Part shown: piece by piece, positions 1 through 6,010 of the stretch
How the letters are laid out: each line of letters opens with the position of its first letter
How positions within the stretch are numbered: the first letter of the stretch is position 1
Source of the DNA: a virus
Taxonomy: Duplodnaviria; Heunggongvirae; Uroviricota; Caudoviricetes
Direction: 5' to 3' (one strand)
Length of the DNA: 9,683 nt
IMG/VR virus record: IMGVR_UViG_2802429242_000007
Notes under the pieces: generated by a model
Told to the model about the DNA's origin: nothing
The model's database searches: none
Seen by the model: only the letters and a program-made list of their open reading frames with translations
Made by a program: the position numbers and the translations under genes

Positions 1-651
1 CTCAACACGCAGCTTCCCTACCGTTAGCGCAATTTCCTCGTTCTCCTGGTCGCGGCGTTTGATGTATTGCTGGTTTCTTTCCCGTTCATCCAGAAGCGCC
101 AGCACAGTAGCCGGATTGGCTGCGGCGATGAATTCAGCATTGGCCTGCTGTTCAGTTTGGAAATCTTCATCGAAACCGCTTTCAGGATGCGCTCCTTCAA
201 TTCTGCAAATGGGAATATATCCAGCAACTTCACGATGAATTAGTGCATCATCACCATCAAATCGGCCATCTCCATATTCGAGCGACCACTCGCCACACGT
301 TGCTTTCTCTGCCGCCTCGCGCAGTGCCTGATAATCATCTTGCTCCCTGGTTGCCTCCTTTGCTGGGCTTTCTAACTTCTGAGTGGTTGTATCAAAATCA
401 AACAACTTAACCACGTCATCAAACAGGACATAATCGCCATCAGAATCTTCAGTCATGTCAGCGCCACAATCCTGACCGCACGAGTCGCAACCTTCCATAT
501 CAAGCTCGTATCGCTTCAGGTTTGCGATATTTGATAAATTCAGCGCCAGTACAGCCAGGTCATAAACCTCTTCGGCGGTATACCCTGCACCATGCCCATA
601 CATTTCAATGCGGGATATGATTTCTTCTACCCGTTGTTTTGTGATCGTCAT
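1..651 (-). CDS. Ead/Ea22-like phage early protein, acidic and Cys-rich; start codon in window, 3' end runs off the left edge (217 codons visible)
   Basis: Hand translation of the minus strand from ATG 651..649 is open for 217 codons to position 1 (MTITKQRVEEIISRIEMYGHGAGYTAEEVYDLAVLALN...CDSCGQDCGADM...GEWSLEYGDGRFDGDDALIHREVAGYIPICRIEGAHPESGFDEDFQTEQQANAEFIAAANPATVLALLDERERNQQYIKRRDQENEEIALTVGKLRVE). It is absent from the ORF track because no stop lies in the window. The ATG overlaps the upstream gene's stop (ATGA at 648-651). Family call is from recalled resemblance to lambdoid Ea22-type proteins, not a search. Confidence 0.55.
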   Translation of the reverse strand, partial: MTITKQRVEEIISRIEMYGHGAGYTAEEVYDLAVLALNLSNIANLKRYELDMEGCDSCGQDCGADMTEDSDGDYVLFDDVVKLFDFDTTTQKLESPAKEATREQDDYQALREAAEKATCGEWSLEYGDGRFDGDDALIHREVAGYIPICRIEGAHPESGFDEDFQTEQQANAEFIAAANPATVLALLDERERNQQYIKRRDQENEEIALTVGKLRVE

Positions 652-1127
652 TTTTGCTCACCTCCCTGTTCTTCCAGAAAAATACGCATAGCCTCAAGCA
701 TCTCTTCGGTGTCATACGGAGACAGCTTGTCACGCAGGATGTGTTCAATGCTGTTAATGAACTTTCGGATTGCTTTGCGTTCAATTTCAGTCAGGAAAGC
801 ATCGGTGGCTGGGGTGTCAACACGGATGCTGTCGCGCAAGATGAAAAATGCATTGAGCATTCCAGTCTCTGGCACTTCATCCTGATGCTTCTCATACGCA
901 TCAAGAGCCTTCATCATCTCATGTCCGAATGGTTGAGGGTGCGCAGCCTTCAGCCCCGCATTCTCCGCCGCCATCGCATTAGCACGCACCAGTTGCACTT
1001 CCAGTTGCGTTGCCAAATCGCTGATCAGCTTTGCCACACTACGCATATCAACGGCACCACATTCTGCTTTCAGTTCCGAAGCCATCTCATGCCCGGCGGA
1101 AACTAACCCTTTGATATTACTTTCCAT
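648..1127 (-). CDS. hypothetical phage protein, 159 aa
   Basis: ORF-track ORF with ATG at 1127..1125 preceded by GAGGG about 6 nt upstream; stop TGA overlaps the next ATG. No recognisable motif. Confidence 0.6.
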   Translation of the reverse strand: MESNIKGLVSAGHEMASELKAECGAVDMRSVAKLISDLATQLEVQLVRANAMAAENAGLKAAHPQPFGHEMMKALDAYEKHQDEVPETGMLNAFFILRDSIRVDTPATDAFLTEIERKAIRKFINSIEHILRDKLSPYDTEEMLEAMRIFLEEQGGEQK

Positions 1128-1188
1128 CTTTACCCTCGCTTATCCACATAACTTATTGATTACATTGATAACTAAAAAGATCGTCGAT

Positions 1189-1533
1189 TCAGAACTCTTC
1201 GATATTCCAGCCACCACCTGCTTTCTTTGGTTTAACCGTTACCCCGATGATTCGGAACGGATACTGATCTGCGGCGACTTTGGTTTTCACCCTGGCGTCG
1301 TCGGTCCAGAAACCTTTCACTTCGTGCAGTTCCATCTCTCCGGTGGCGAGCATCACAGCGAAATCGGGCGTATAAAACGTGTTGTCAGCCAGCCGCAGCT
1401 TGATACCCTCGAACCGATACCAGGCGACTTCCCCTGCACGTTTACGCTGCTCAAGGTGCTGGCAATACGCAGATTCTGTTTTGTTCATCTGGCCTGTTTT
1501 GAGTCGACCAAGAGCCTGTATCTGTTTTCTCAT
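1189..1533 (-). CDS. small PD-(D/E)XK-type nuclease, DUF1064-like (114 aa)
   Basis: 114-aa ORF with a D...E-x-K signature (YTPDFAVMLATGEMELHEVKG) typical of restriction-endonuclease-fold phage nucleases; ATG 1533..1531 with AGAGGT 7 nt upstream. Family is from memory, not searched. Confidence 0.5.
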   Translation of the reverse strand: MRKQIQALGRLKTGQMNKTESAYCQHLEQRKRAGEVAWYRFEGIKLRLADNTFYTPDFAVMLATGEMELHEVKGFWTDDARVKTKVAADQYPFRIIGVTVKPKKAGGGWNIEEF

Positions 1534-1536
1534 GAT

Positions 1537-1614
1537 TTACCTCTAAGGTAATTAAAAACCACATAAGACACGAAATCAATAGATCTAAGAATATTTTGTT
1601 ACCCATTAGGTAAC
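1537..1614 (-). promoter_or_regulatory. promoter-operator cassette for the distal leftward operon: operator sites 1537-1551 and 1598-1614 flanking a sigma70-like promoter
   Basis: Perfect inverted repeats TTACC-tctaa-GGTAA (1537-1551) and GTTACC-catta-GGTAAC (1598-1614), starts 62 bp apart. On the minus strand, -35 TTGATT (1579..1574), 17-bp spacer, -10 TTTAAT (1556..1551); the downstream operator abuts the -10. Confidence 0.6.
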
Positions 1615-1625
1615 TATTGAGGCGT

Positions 1626-1647
1626 AAAAAAATGCGCTATCGCGCTG
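1626..1647 (-). terminator. weak candidate intrinsic terminator after the P-like gene
   Basis: On the minus strand a 4-bp GC stem (GCGC-gata-GCGC, plus 1634-1645) is followed by a run of 7 T (plus A-run 1626-1632). The stem is short, so confidence is low. Confidence 0.3.
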
Positions 1648-1650
1648 GTA

Positions 1651-2436
1651 TTACTTGATAAATCCTGCTGCCTTTCCTCGCCTGTATTCCTCCATCAGCC
1701 ACTGCGCCGGTGTTATTCCCCCCAGGGTGGCGGCGTTAGGCATGCACCCGAAACTTCGCCCTGGTGGATGGTAAACATCTCTCCCTGTGTCCGGAGGCGT
1801 ACTCATGGGTTCTGGCTTTGCCTGTATGCTGATCACCGGATCGGGTATCTGCTGTCCGGAAGCCACCTTTTTCGCCCAATCATCGAGCAGCCTGCGCGCG
1901 TGTTTCTCAACCTCAATCTCGCTAAGCTGGCGCTGATACATTGCACGGCGGGTATCACATACGACCCAGTACATAACCGGATGCCGCCACGGGAATCTTT
2001 CGGGACCACCAGGATATAAACTTTTTTCCTTGCTGTACCGGTGAAACTCCGCCATCACATCGTCAATGGTGACGCCAAGAACCATCTTGCTGTCTTTACA
2101 CCACTTGATGAATTGCCCTGGCGACGGCCAGAACGGAGACTCACTGGCGCGGGCGTGGCGCATACCAGCAGAAACCTGTTCACGGGTTCGGATCCCCCCT
2201 TCGGCAAACGCAGCAATCCACTGCTGTTTTGCAGCAACTTCCTGCTCTGGCGTCTTCAGGTTGGTTACCACTGCCGCCGGAAAGAGTTGTTTCAGCTGTT
2301 TGAAAAGGGCATCAACAAGCCTCTCTGCTGACATGTTCACCACGTTGTCATTGTTGGTGTACTGATGCTCATAACCTGACATGCGAGAAAGGGCTTCTCC
2401 GTCACGGTTTTGTATCGCGGTAAAAACGTTGTTCAC
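1651..2436 (-). CDS. lambda P-like replication protein (helicase loader)
   Basis: Translation contains ...FPAAVVTNLKTPEQEVAAKQQWIAAFAEGGIRTREQVSAGMRHARASESPFWPSPGQFIKWCK..., closely matching the remembered conserved core of lambda P (FLPSPGQF..WC). Start preferred at GTG 2436..2434 (GTGA overlap with the O-like stop) with a perfect GGAGGA 6 nt upstream, rather than the track's ATG at 2451. Confidence 0.85.
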   Translation of the reverse strand: MNNVFTAIQNRDGEALSRMSGYEHQYTNNDNVVNMSAERLVDALFKQLKQLFPAAVVTNLKTPEQEVAAKQQWIAAFAEGGIRTREQVSAGMRHARASESPFWPSPGQFIKWCKDSKMVLGVTIDDVMAEFHRYSKEKSLYPGGPERFPWRHPVMYWVVCDTRRAMYQRQLSEIEVEKHARRLLDDWAKKVASGQQIPDPVISIQAKPEPMSTPPDTGRDVYHPPGRSFGCMPNAATLGGITPAQWLMEEYRRGKAAGFIK

Positions 2437-3248
2437 AAGAAATCCTCCCATGCTTCAGGGCTGTTCCAGTGCGGAACGTTGTTATCAGGTAATGTTGATT
2501 GCTTCTGTCTGCTAATCTGCAGCCGCCTTGCCAGCTTCTGCTCCCACTGTGCCTGATGGTATGCCTTACCCTCAGCCATCCAGTAAATTCTGAACTCTGC
2601 AAGTTCCTGTGCCGTTGGCAGACTGTCCAGGTAGATCCCCTGCAATGAGCTTTTCCGAAGAAAGTCATCTGATGGCTGCCATTGTTCATGCATGACAAAT
2701 TTGCCTAATTGCCCTGGCCCACCAGGAGGAACAAAGTTATTCATCACGGCGTTGTTTGCACCGGGGTCATGAGGCACAGAATCCCCGCTTTTTGTCCTGC
2801 TCTCCCTCTCTTGGTTAAATGACTGGTTATATGACTGGTTCTGGATCCCGTTTTTGGGATCATTCAACATCCCGTTTTTGGGATCATTCAACATCCCGTT
2901 TTTGGGTATATTCCCGTTTTCGGGAACATTGCCGTTTTCGGGTTCATTGCTCCCTTTCCGGTTGCCTTTAATGTTCCCGTTTTTGGTTATATTAAGAGAG
3001 AAAACCCGCACTCTTTTCGTCGCTCCCTTTCTCTCTCCGGTATCTGAAATAAGCCCCATTTTCATGAGCAATATAAGCCCGGCCTGCACGGTTTTTTTAT
3101 TCAGGCAAGTGTCTTTAACGAGGCGTTCTATGCTGGGGTAGCAGAGGTTATATTCATCGGCTCTGTCAGCCATCGAGAGCAGTATGAGCTTTAATGACGA
3201 GCTACCTGGATCTGTCTCCCAGGCCCAATCTGTTGCATGTCTGCTCAT
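2433..3248 (-). CDS. O-like replication initiator: N-terminal winged-HTH, Asn/Gly/Pro-rich repeat linker, C-terminal DnaT-like domain
   Basis: N-terminus WAWETDPGSSSLKLILLSMADRADEYNLCYPSIERLVKDTCLNKKTVQAGLILLMKMGLI resembles the replisome-organizer HTH; C-terminus ...MHEQWQPSDDFLRKSSLQGIYLDSLPTAQELAEFRIYWMAEGKAYHQAQWEQKLARRL resembles the DnaT C-terminal domain. ATG 3248..3246 with GGAG 7 nt upstream. The iteron array lies inside the gene, as ori-lambda lies inside O. Confidence 0.8.
   Translation of the reverse strand: MSRHATDWAWETDPGSSSLKLILLSMADRADEYNLCYPSIERLVKDTCLNKKTVQAGLILLMKMGLISDTGERKGATKRVRVFSLNITKNGNIKGNRKGSNEPENGNVPENGNIPKNGMLNDPKNGMLNDPKNGIQNQSYNQSFNQERESRTKSGDSVPHDPGANNAVMNNFVPPGGPGQLGKFVMHEQWQPSDDFLRKSSLQGIYLDSLPTAQELAEFRIYWMAEGKAYHQAQWEQKLARRLQISRQKQSTLPDNNVPHWNSPEAWEDFL
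2845..2990. repeat. iteron array (candidate origin of replication) inside the O-like gene
   Basis: 24-bp direct repeats start at 2845, 2869 and 2893 (the first two identical: atcccgtttttgggatcattcaac). Degenerate copies follow at 2912-2925 (TCCCGTTTTCGGGA, itself palindromic), 2931-2942 and 2975-2986. Core motif is CCCGTTTT(T/C)GGG. Confidence 0.75.
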
Positions 3249-3263
3249 GATTAATCTCCGCTA

Positions 3264-3464
3264 TCAGCTTGAATGTTGTGGGGAGGAATTAATCATGATC
3301 TGCTTAATCTCTGCCCTGATGCGACGGTTTGATTCCATGGTGCACTCAACACAGTGTCCGTTGTAAACCCAGCGTTCACTGTCATGTCCGTGCTTACATG
3401 GTTTTCCGGTGTAGTAGCGTTTAAGTCCGCGCTTTGCGGCATCAATACGTGTAATGATTTCCAT
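3264..3464 (-). CDS. small zinc-finger (Cys/His cluster) phage early protein, 66 aa
   Basis: MEIITRIDAAKRGLKRYYTGKPCKHGHDSERWVYNGHCVEC... carries a C-x-H-x-H...C-x2-C cluster. It sits between the Cro-like gene and the O-like gene, the position of cII in lambda. Start chosen at ATG 3464..3462; the track's TTG start at 3527 adds a hydrophobic low-complexity extension. Function not assigned. Confidence 0.5.
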   Translation of the reverse strand: MEIITRIDAAKRGLKRYYTGKPCKHGHDSERWVYNGHCVECTMESNRRIRAEIKQIMINSSPQHSS

Positions 3465-3544
3465 GGTAAGCCCTGTTATTAGTATTGGGATTACGGTTAT
3501 TTTGTGCTGACACAAAAAAAAGATCAACCATATTTGGTTTTTTA

Positions 3545-3559
3545 TTACCTTTGAGGTAC
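3545..3559. promoter_or_regulatory. operator-like site (TTACC-tttga-GGTAc) between the terminator and the zinc-finger gene
   Basis: A 9/10 match to the TTACC-N5-GGTAA motif. On the minus strand it lies just upstream of a possible promoter (-35 TTGATC, 17-bp spacer, -10 CAAAAT). Confidence 0.4.
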
Positions 3560-3565
3560 GAATAG

Positions 3566-3593
3566 ATATGAAAAGACCGCCGGATGGCGGTCT
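3566..3593 (-). terminator. intrinsic terminator downstream of the Cro-like gene (tR1-like position)
   Basis: On the minus strand, 21 nt after the stop: AGACCGCC-atcc-GGCGGTCT (perfect 8-bp GC-rich stem, plus 3574-3593) followed by TTTTCATAT. Confidence 0.6.
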
Positions 3594-3614
3594 ACAGAGG
3601 GTTGTGGCTGGATA

Positions 3615-3845
3615 TCATGAGTAGAAGAAGTATGCCAGTTCTGCTTTTGAGCGCAGCCATTGTCTTGTTTTACAGGCTTTAAAAAGCCCATTCATCAATA
3701 CCTTACCTGGCATTTTGCGCTTACCTGTTAAGTGAGTCTGGATATAGTGACTCGTCGTTCCGGCTTCCTGTGCGAAGGCTTCACGCTCATCCGGAGTAAG
3801 TGCAAGCCAGTGCTTTTTGAAATCGAAATGTCCGTTATCGCTCAT
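3615..3845 (-). CDS. Cro/CII-like small HTH DNA-binding regulator, 76 aa
   Basis: First gene of the leftward operon, divergent from the repressor. An HTH-like segment (REAFAQEAGTTSHYIQTHLTGKRKMPGKVL) is visible. Functional role is inferred from position. Confidence 0.6.
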   Translation of the reverse strand: MSDNGHFDFKKHWLALTPDEREAFAQEAGTTSHYIQTHLTGKRKMPGKVLMNGLFKACKTRQWLRSKAELAYFFYS

Positions 3846-3870
3846 AGCTATTGCCTGATATTTATTTCAG

Positions 3871-3944
3871 ATAATAAATATTCACCTATAAGGTAACAAA
3901 AATCAAGGATAGTTACCCACGAGGTGCATTTACCTGTTGGGTAA
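3871..3944. promoter_or_regulatory. divergent control region: three operator sites plus a leftward PR-like promoter
   Basis: Sites TcACC-tataa-GGTAA (3882-3896), TTACC-cacga-GGTgc (3913-3927) and TTACC-tgttg-GGTAA (3930-3944). Leftward promoter on the minus strand: -35 TTGTTA (3899..3894), 17-bp spacer, -10 TATTAT (3876..3871), overlapping the first site. A weaker rightward promoter may overlap the third site. Confidence 0.55.
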
Positions 3945-3999
3945 TATTGCTTTAAATTGAATCATCTTCTGATTCAGATATGAGGCGATTTTCCAGAAA

Positions 4000-4584
4000 A
4001 TGAAAAGTATCCAGGACGTCCGCAGGCAAAATCTCAACGACTTGATCGACCGTGAATTCAATGGTGTTCAGACGCGGATGGCTGAAAAACTTGGAACTCA
4101 GGCAAATCTGGTAAACCGCTGGGCTCTTGGCAAGAAGGTTATCGGCGACCAGGTTGCACGAAAAATTGAAGCTGCCGCCAATAAACCCCGTAACTGGCTT
4201 GATATCGATCGCTCGCTTTCTCAGGAAGGTTTTCAGCCTGTCGGCCCAAGCGACATTGGCCAGCTGGCGGCTCACAACCTGGAACGCTGGATGAGCGAAA
4301 GCCGCGACCTTTCAACACAGGGAAAACTTCACCGCGCATCCGGCGTAGCCCAGGTGACAATCAGCCGCCTGTTAAACAATGAGGTCAGCGTTTCCATTTC
4401 CACCCTGGAGAATGTTGCATCCGCATTCGGGCGTCACGGCTATGAATTACTGATTCACCCGCACGACCCTGCGACCATCAACTATGATCGCTCGCGCTAC
4501 GCATTGTTACCCGAAACCGAGAAAGCAAAGATCGAAAGTTACATTGAATTTGTCATCAACCAGAACGAAAAAAACAAACAATAA
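4000..4584 (+). CDS. CI-like immunity repressor with two XRE-type HTH domains and no S24 peptidase domain, 194 aa
   Basis: Two HTH-like segments: QTRMAEKLGTQANLVNRWALGKKVIGDQVARKIEAAANKPRNWL and LSTQGKLHRASGVAQVTISRLLNNEVSVSISTLENVASAFGRHGYEL. No Ala-Gly/Ser...Lys autocleavage module is visible. Divergent from the Cro-like gene and flanked by operator clusters. Confidence 0.7.
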   Translation: MKSIQDVRRQNLNDLIDREFNGVQTRMAEKLGTQANLVNRWALGKKVIGDQVARKIEAAANKPRNWLDIDRSLSQEGFQPVGPSDIGQLAAHNLERWMSESRDLSTQGKLHRASGVAQVTISRLLNNEVSVSISTLENVASAFGRHGYELLIHPHDPATINYDRSRYALLPETEKAKIESYIEFVINQNEKNKQ

Positions 4585-4604
4585 AACCATATTTTTCAGT
4601 AAGT

Positions 4605-4630
4605 AAGCCGCCTTATGGCGGCTTTTTTAT
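4605..4630 (+). terminator. intrinsic terminator after the repressor gene
   Basis: AAGCCGCC-ttat-GGCGGCTT (8-bp stem) followed by TTTTTTAT, 20 nt after the stop. Confidence 0.7.
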
Positions 4631-4640
4631 TGCCTATTCG

Positions 4641-4718
4641 ATTACCTAACGGGTAATTTTTTTAACTCATATCTATTGACATCAAACCATATACGCATAA
4701 TTATTACCTCAACGGTAA
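4641..4718 (+). promoter_or_regulatory. promoter-operator cassette (PL-like) for the rightward operon: operator sites 4641-4657 and 4704-4718 flanking a sigma70-like promoter
   Basis: ATTACC-taacg-GGTAAT (4641-4657) and TTACC-tcaac-GGTAA (4704-4718), starts 62 bp apart. -35 TTGACA (4676-4681), 17-bp spacer, -10 AATTAT (4699-4704). The geometry matches the 1537-1614 cassette exactly. Confidence 0.6.
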
Positions 4719-4737
4719 CAGACCGAGGTAACAAGTT

Positions 4738-4890
4738 ATGCAGTGGAAAATCATCAACGGTTGGTACTGCGTTACTGCATGCGGATTCATGAGCTGGAAG
4801 TTCCGCACCTTACAGGAAGGCATTAAGTGGGCTTTCGTCAGCAAAGAAGCTCGCGATGTGGCCAACGATAACGAGATATGGGAGGGCTGA
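4738..4890 (+). CDS. small Trp/Cys-rich protein, 50 aa, first gene of the rightward operon
   Basis: ATG 4738 with GAGGT 8 nt upstream; MQWKIINGWYCVTACGFMSWKFRTLQEGIKWAFVSKEARDVANDNEIWEG. Not in the ORF track, probably because of a length cutoff. The stop lies within the next gene's ribosome-binding region. Confidence 0.45.
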   Translation: MQWKIINGWYCVTACGFMSWKFRTLQEGIKWAFVSKEARDVANDNEIWEG

Positions 4891-4892
4891 TA

Positions 4893-5192
4893 ATGAACGT
4901 TAATCAGCAGAAAAATCTTCAAAAAATCATGCTGGCATTCGACAAGGACTACCGCCTGTCAGAACAGCTATATGACCGACAAGTTGAACTGATTGAGAGC
5001 ATCCGACTTCATCAACTGTCCTCAACTTTCGACGTTGTAACAGGCAAAGGCGTTCGTCAGGAAGTACTGGAGGCTGCTAAAGACAGCCCTGAGTTCGAAG
5101 AACTGATGGATGCCTATCGGCGAGAGGCAATGGCAATTATCGCCCGCTGGGATCTGGCTGATCAGCTTGATGGGCAGAGGGACGCGGCATGA
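4893..5192 (+). CDS. hypothetical phage early protein, 99 aa
   Basis: ATG 4893 with GGAGGG 6 nt upstream (the track's start at 4878 is less likely); stop overlaps the exonuclease ATG (ATGA at 5189-5192). Confidence 0.6.
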   Translation: MNVNQQKNLQKIMLAFDKDYRLSEQLYDRQVELIESIRLHQLSSTFDVVTGKGVRQEVLEAAKDSPEFEELMDAYRREAMAIIARWDLADQLDGQRDAA

Positions 5193-6010
5193 AACCGGGA
5201 ATTTATTTCGACATCAGCAACGAAGACTACCACGCCGGTGACGGCGTGAGTAAGTCGCAACTGGACATGGTTGCCAAGAATCCGGCGCTTCTTAAATGGG
5301 TTCAGGCAGCACCAGAAGACGAAGAGAAAAAGTCTGCACTGGATATGGGAACCGCATTGCACTGCCTGCTTCTGGAACCTGGAGAATTCGACAAACGCTT
5401 CATCGTTTCACCGAAATTCGATCGTCGGACGAAACAAGGTAAAGCTGACGAAGAGGCATTTCTTCGTGATGTGGCGGATATGGGGATTACGGTACTTGAT
5501 GCCGAGCAGTGGCGGAAACTGGAGCTGATGCGTGATAGCGCAATGGCTCACCCGGCGGCACGCTGGATGCTGGAAGCCCCTGGTTACTGCGAAGCATCAA
5601 TGTACTGGAACGATGAAGATACGGGTGAGTTGTGCCGCATTCGTCCAGACAAATGGCTGAACGAGCACAACGTGATCGTCGACGTGAAAAAGGTTGCAGA
5701 TATGGACCGTTTTGCACGCCACATCGAGGAATTCCGCTACCACGTGCAGGACGCAATGTACCGCGAAGGCGCAATGAGGGTTACTGGTCAGCCGCATGGT
5801 TTTTTCTTTCTTGCCGTGAGCGAAAGCATTGATTGTGGTCGATATCCGGTACGCGTGTTCGAGCTGGATGCGCCGGATGTCGATGCCGGGCACGCTCTGT
5901 TCCGCCGGGATCTGAATACCTATCACGAATGCCGCATCAACGATGAGTGGGGCGGAGTGGAAATTATTAAACGCCATGACTGGGCACGTAAACAGGATAT
6001 GTACGTATGA
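5189..6010 (+). CDS. PD-(D/E)XK exonuclease of the RecE (exodeoxyribonuclease VIII) C-terminal-domain type, 273 aa
   Basis: N-terminus MKPGIYFDISNEDYHAGDGVSKSQL and an internal D...VDVKK motif fit the RecE-type nuclease domain as I recall it; ATGA-coupled to the downstream annealing protein, as in recE-recT. Confidence 0.7.
   Translation: MKPGIYFDISNEDYHAGDGVSKSQLDMVAKNPALLKWVQAAPEDEEKKSALDMGTALHCLLLEPGEFDKRFIVSPKFDRRTKQGKADEEAFLRDVADMGITVLDAEQWRKLELMRDSAMAHPAARWMLEAPGYCEASMYWNDEDTGELCRIRPDKWLNEHNVIVDVKKVADMDRFARHIEEFRYHVQDAMYREGAMRVTGQPHGFFFLAVSESIDCGRYPVRVFELDAPDVDAGHALFRRDLNTYHECRINDEWGGVEIIKRHDWARKQDMYV

Noticed and set aside
24-233. 69-aa minus-strand ORF from the ORF track
   Set aside because: It is an alternative frame inside the longer 217-codon Ea22-like reading frame that starts at 651 and runs off the window edge.
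654-1106. Plus-strand 150-aa ORF and neighbouring 97-aa ORF (592-885)
   Set aside because: Antisense to the 159-aa and Ea22-like minus-strand genes; composition looks like a non-coding frame.
2845-2990. Possible CRISPR array suggested by regularly spaced direct repeats
   Set aside because: Repeat units are contiguous or degenerate with no unique spacers of uniform length, sit inside a replication-initiator CDS, and have no cas genes nearby; iterons explain them.
2854-3141. Plus-strand 95-aa ORF with FNIPFLG repeats
   Set aside because: It is the iteron array read in the wrong strand and frame and lies entirely antisense within the O-like gene; the periodic amino-acid repeat is a by-product of the DNA repeats.
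3465-3527. TTG-initiated N-terminal extension of the zinc-finger ORF (MIFFLCQHKITVIPILITGLT)
   Set aside because: Hydrophobic low-complexity sequence from a rare TTG start that overlaps the putative promoter and operator-like region; the ATG at 3464 is the more plausible start.
3952-4360. Minus-strand ORFs of 107 and 73 aa overlapping the repressor gene
   Set aside because: Antisense to the repressor CDS; no motif or translation signal.
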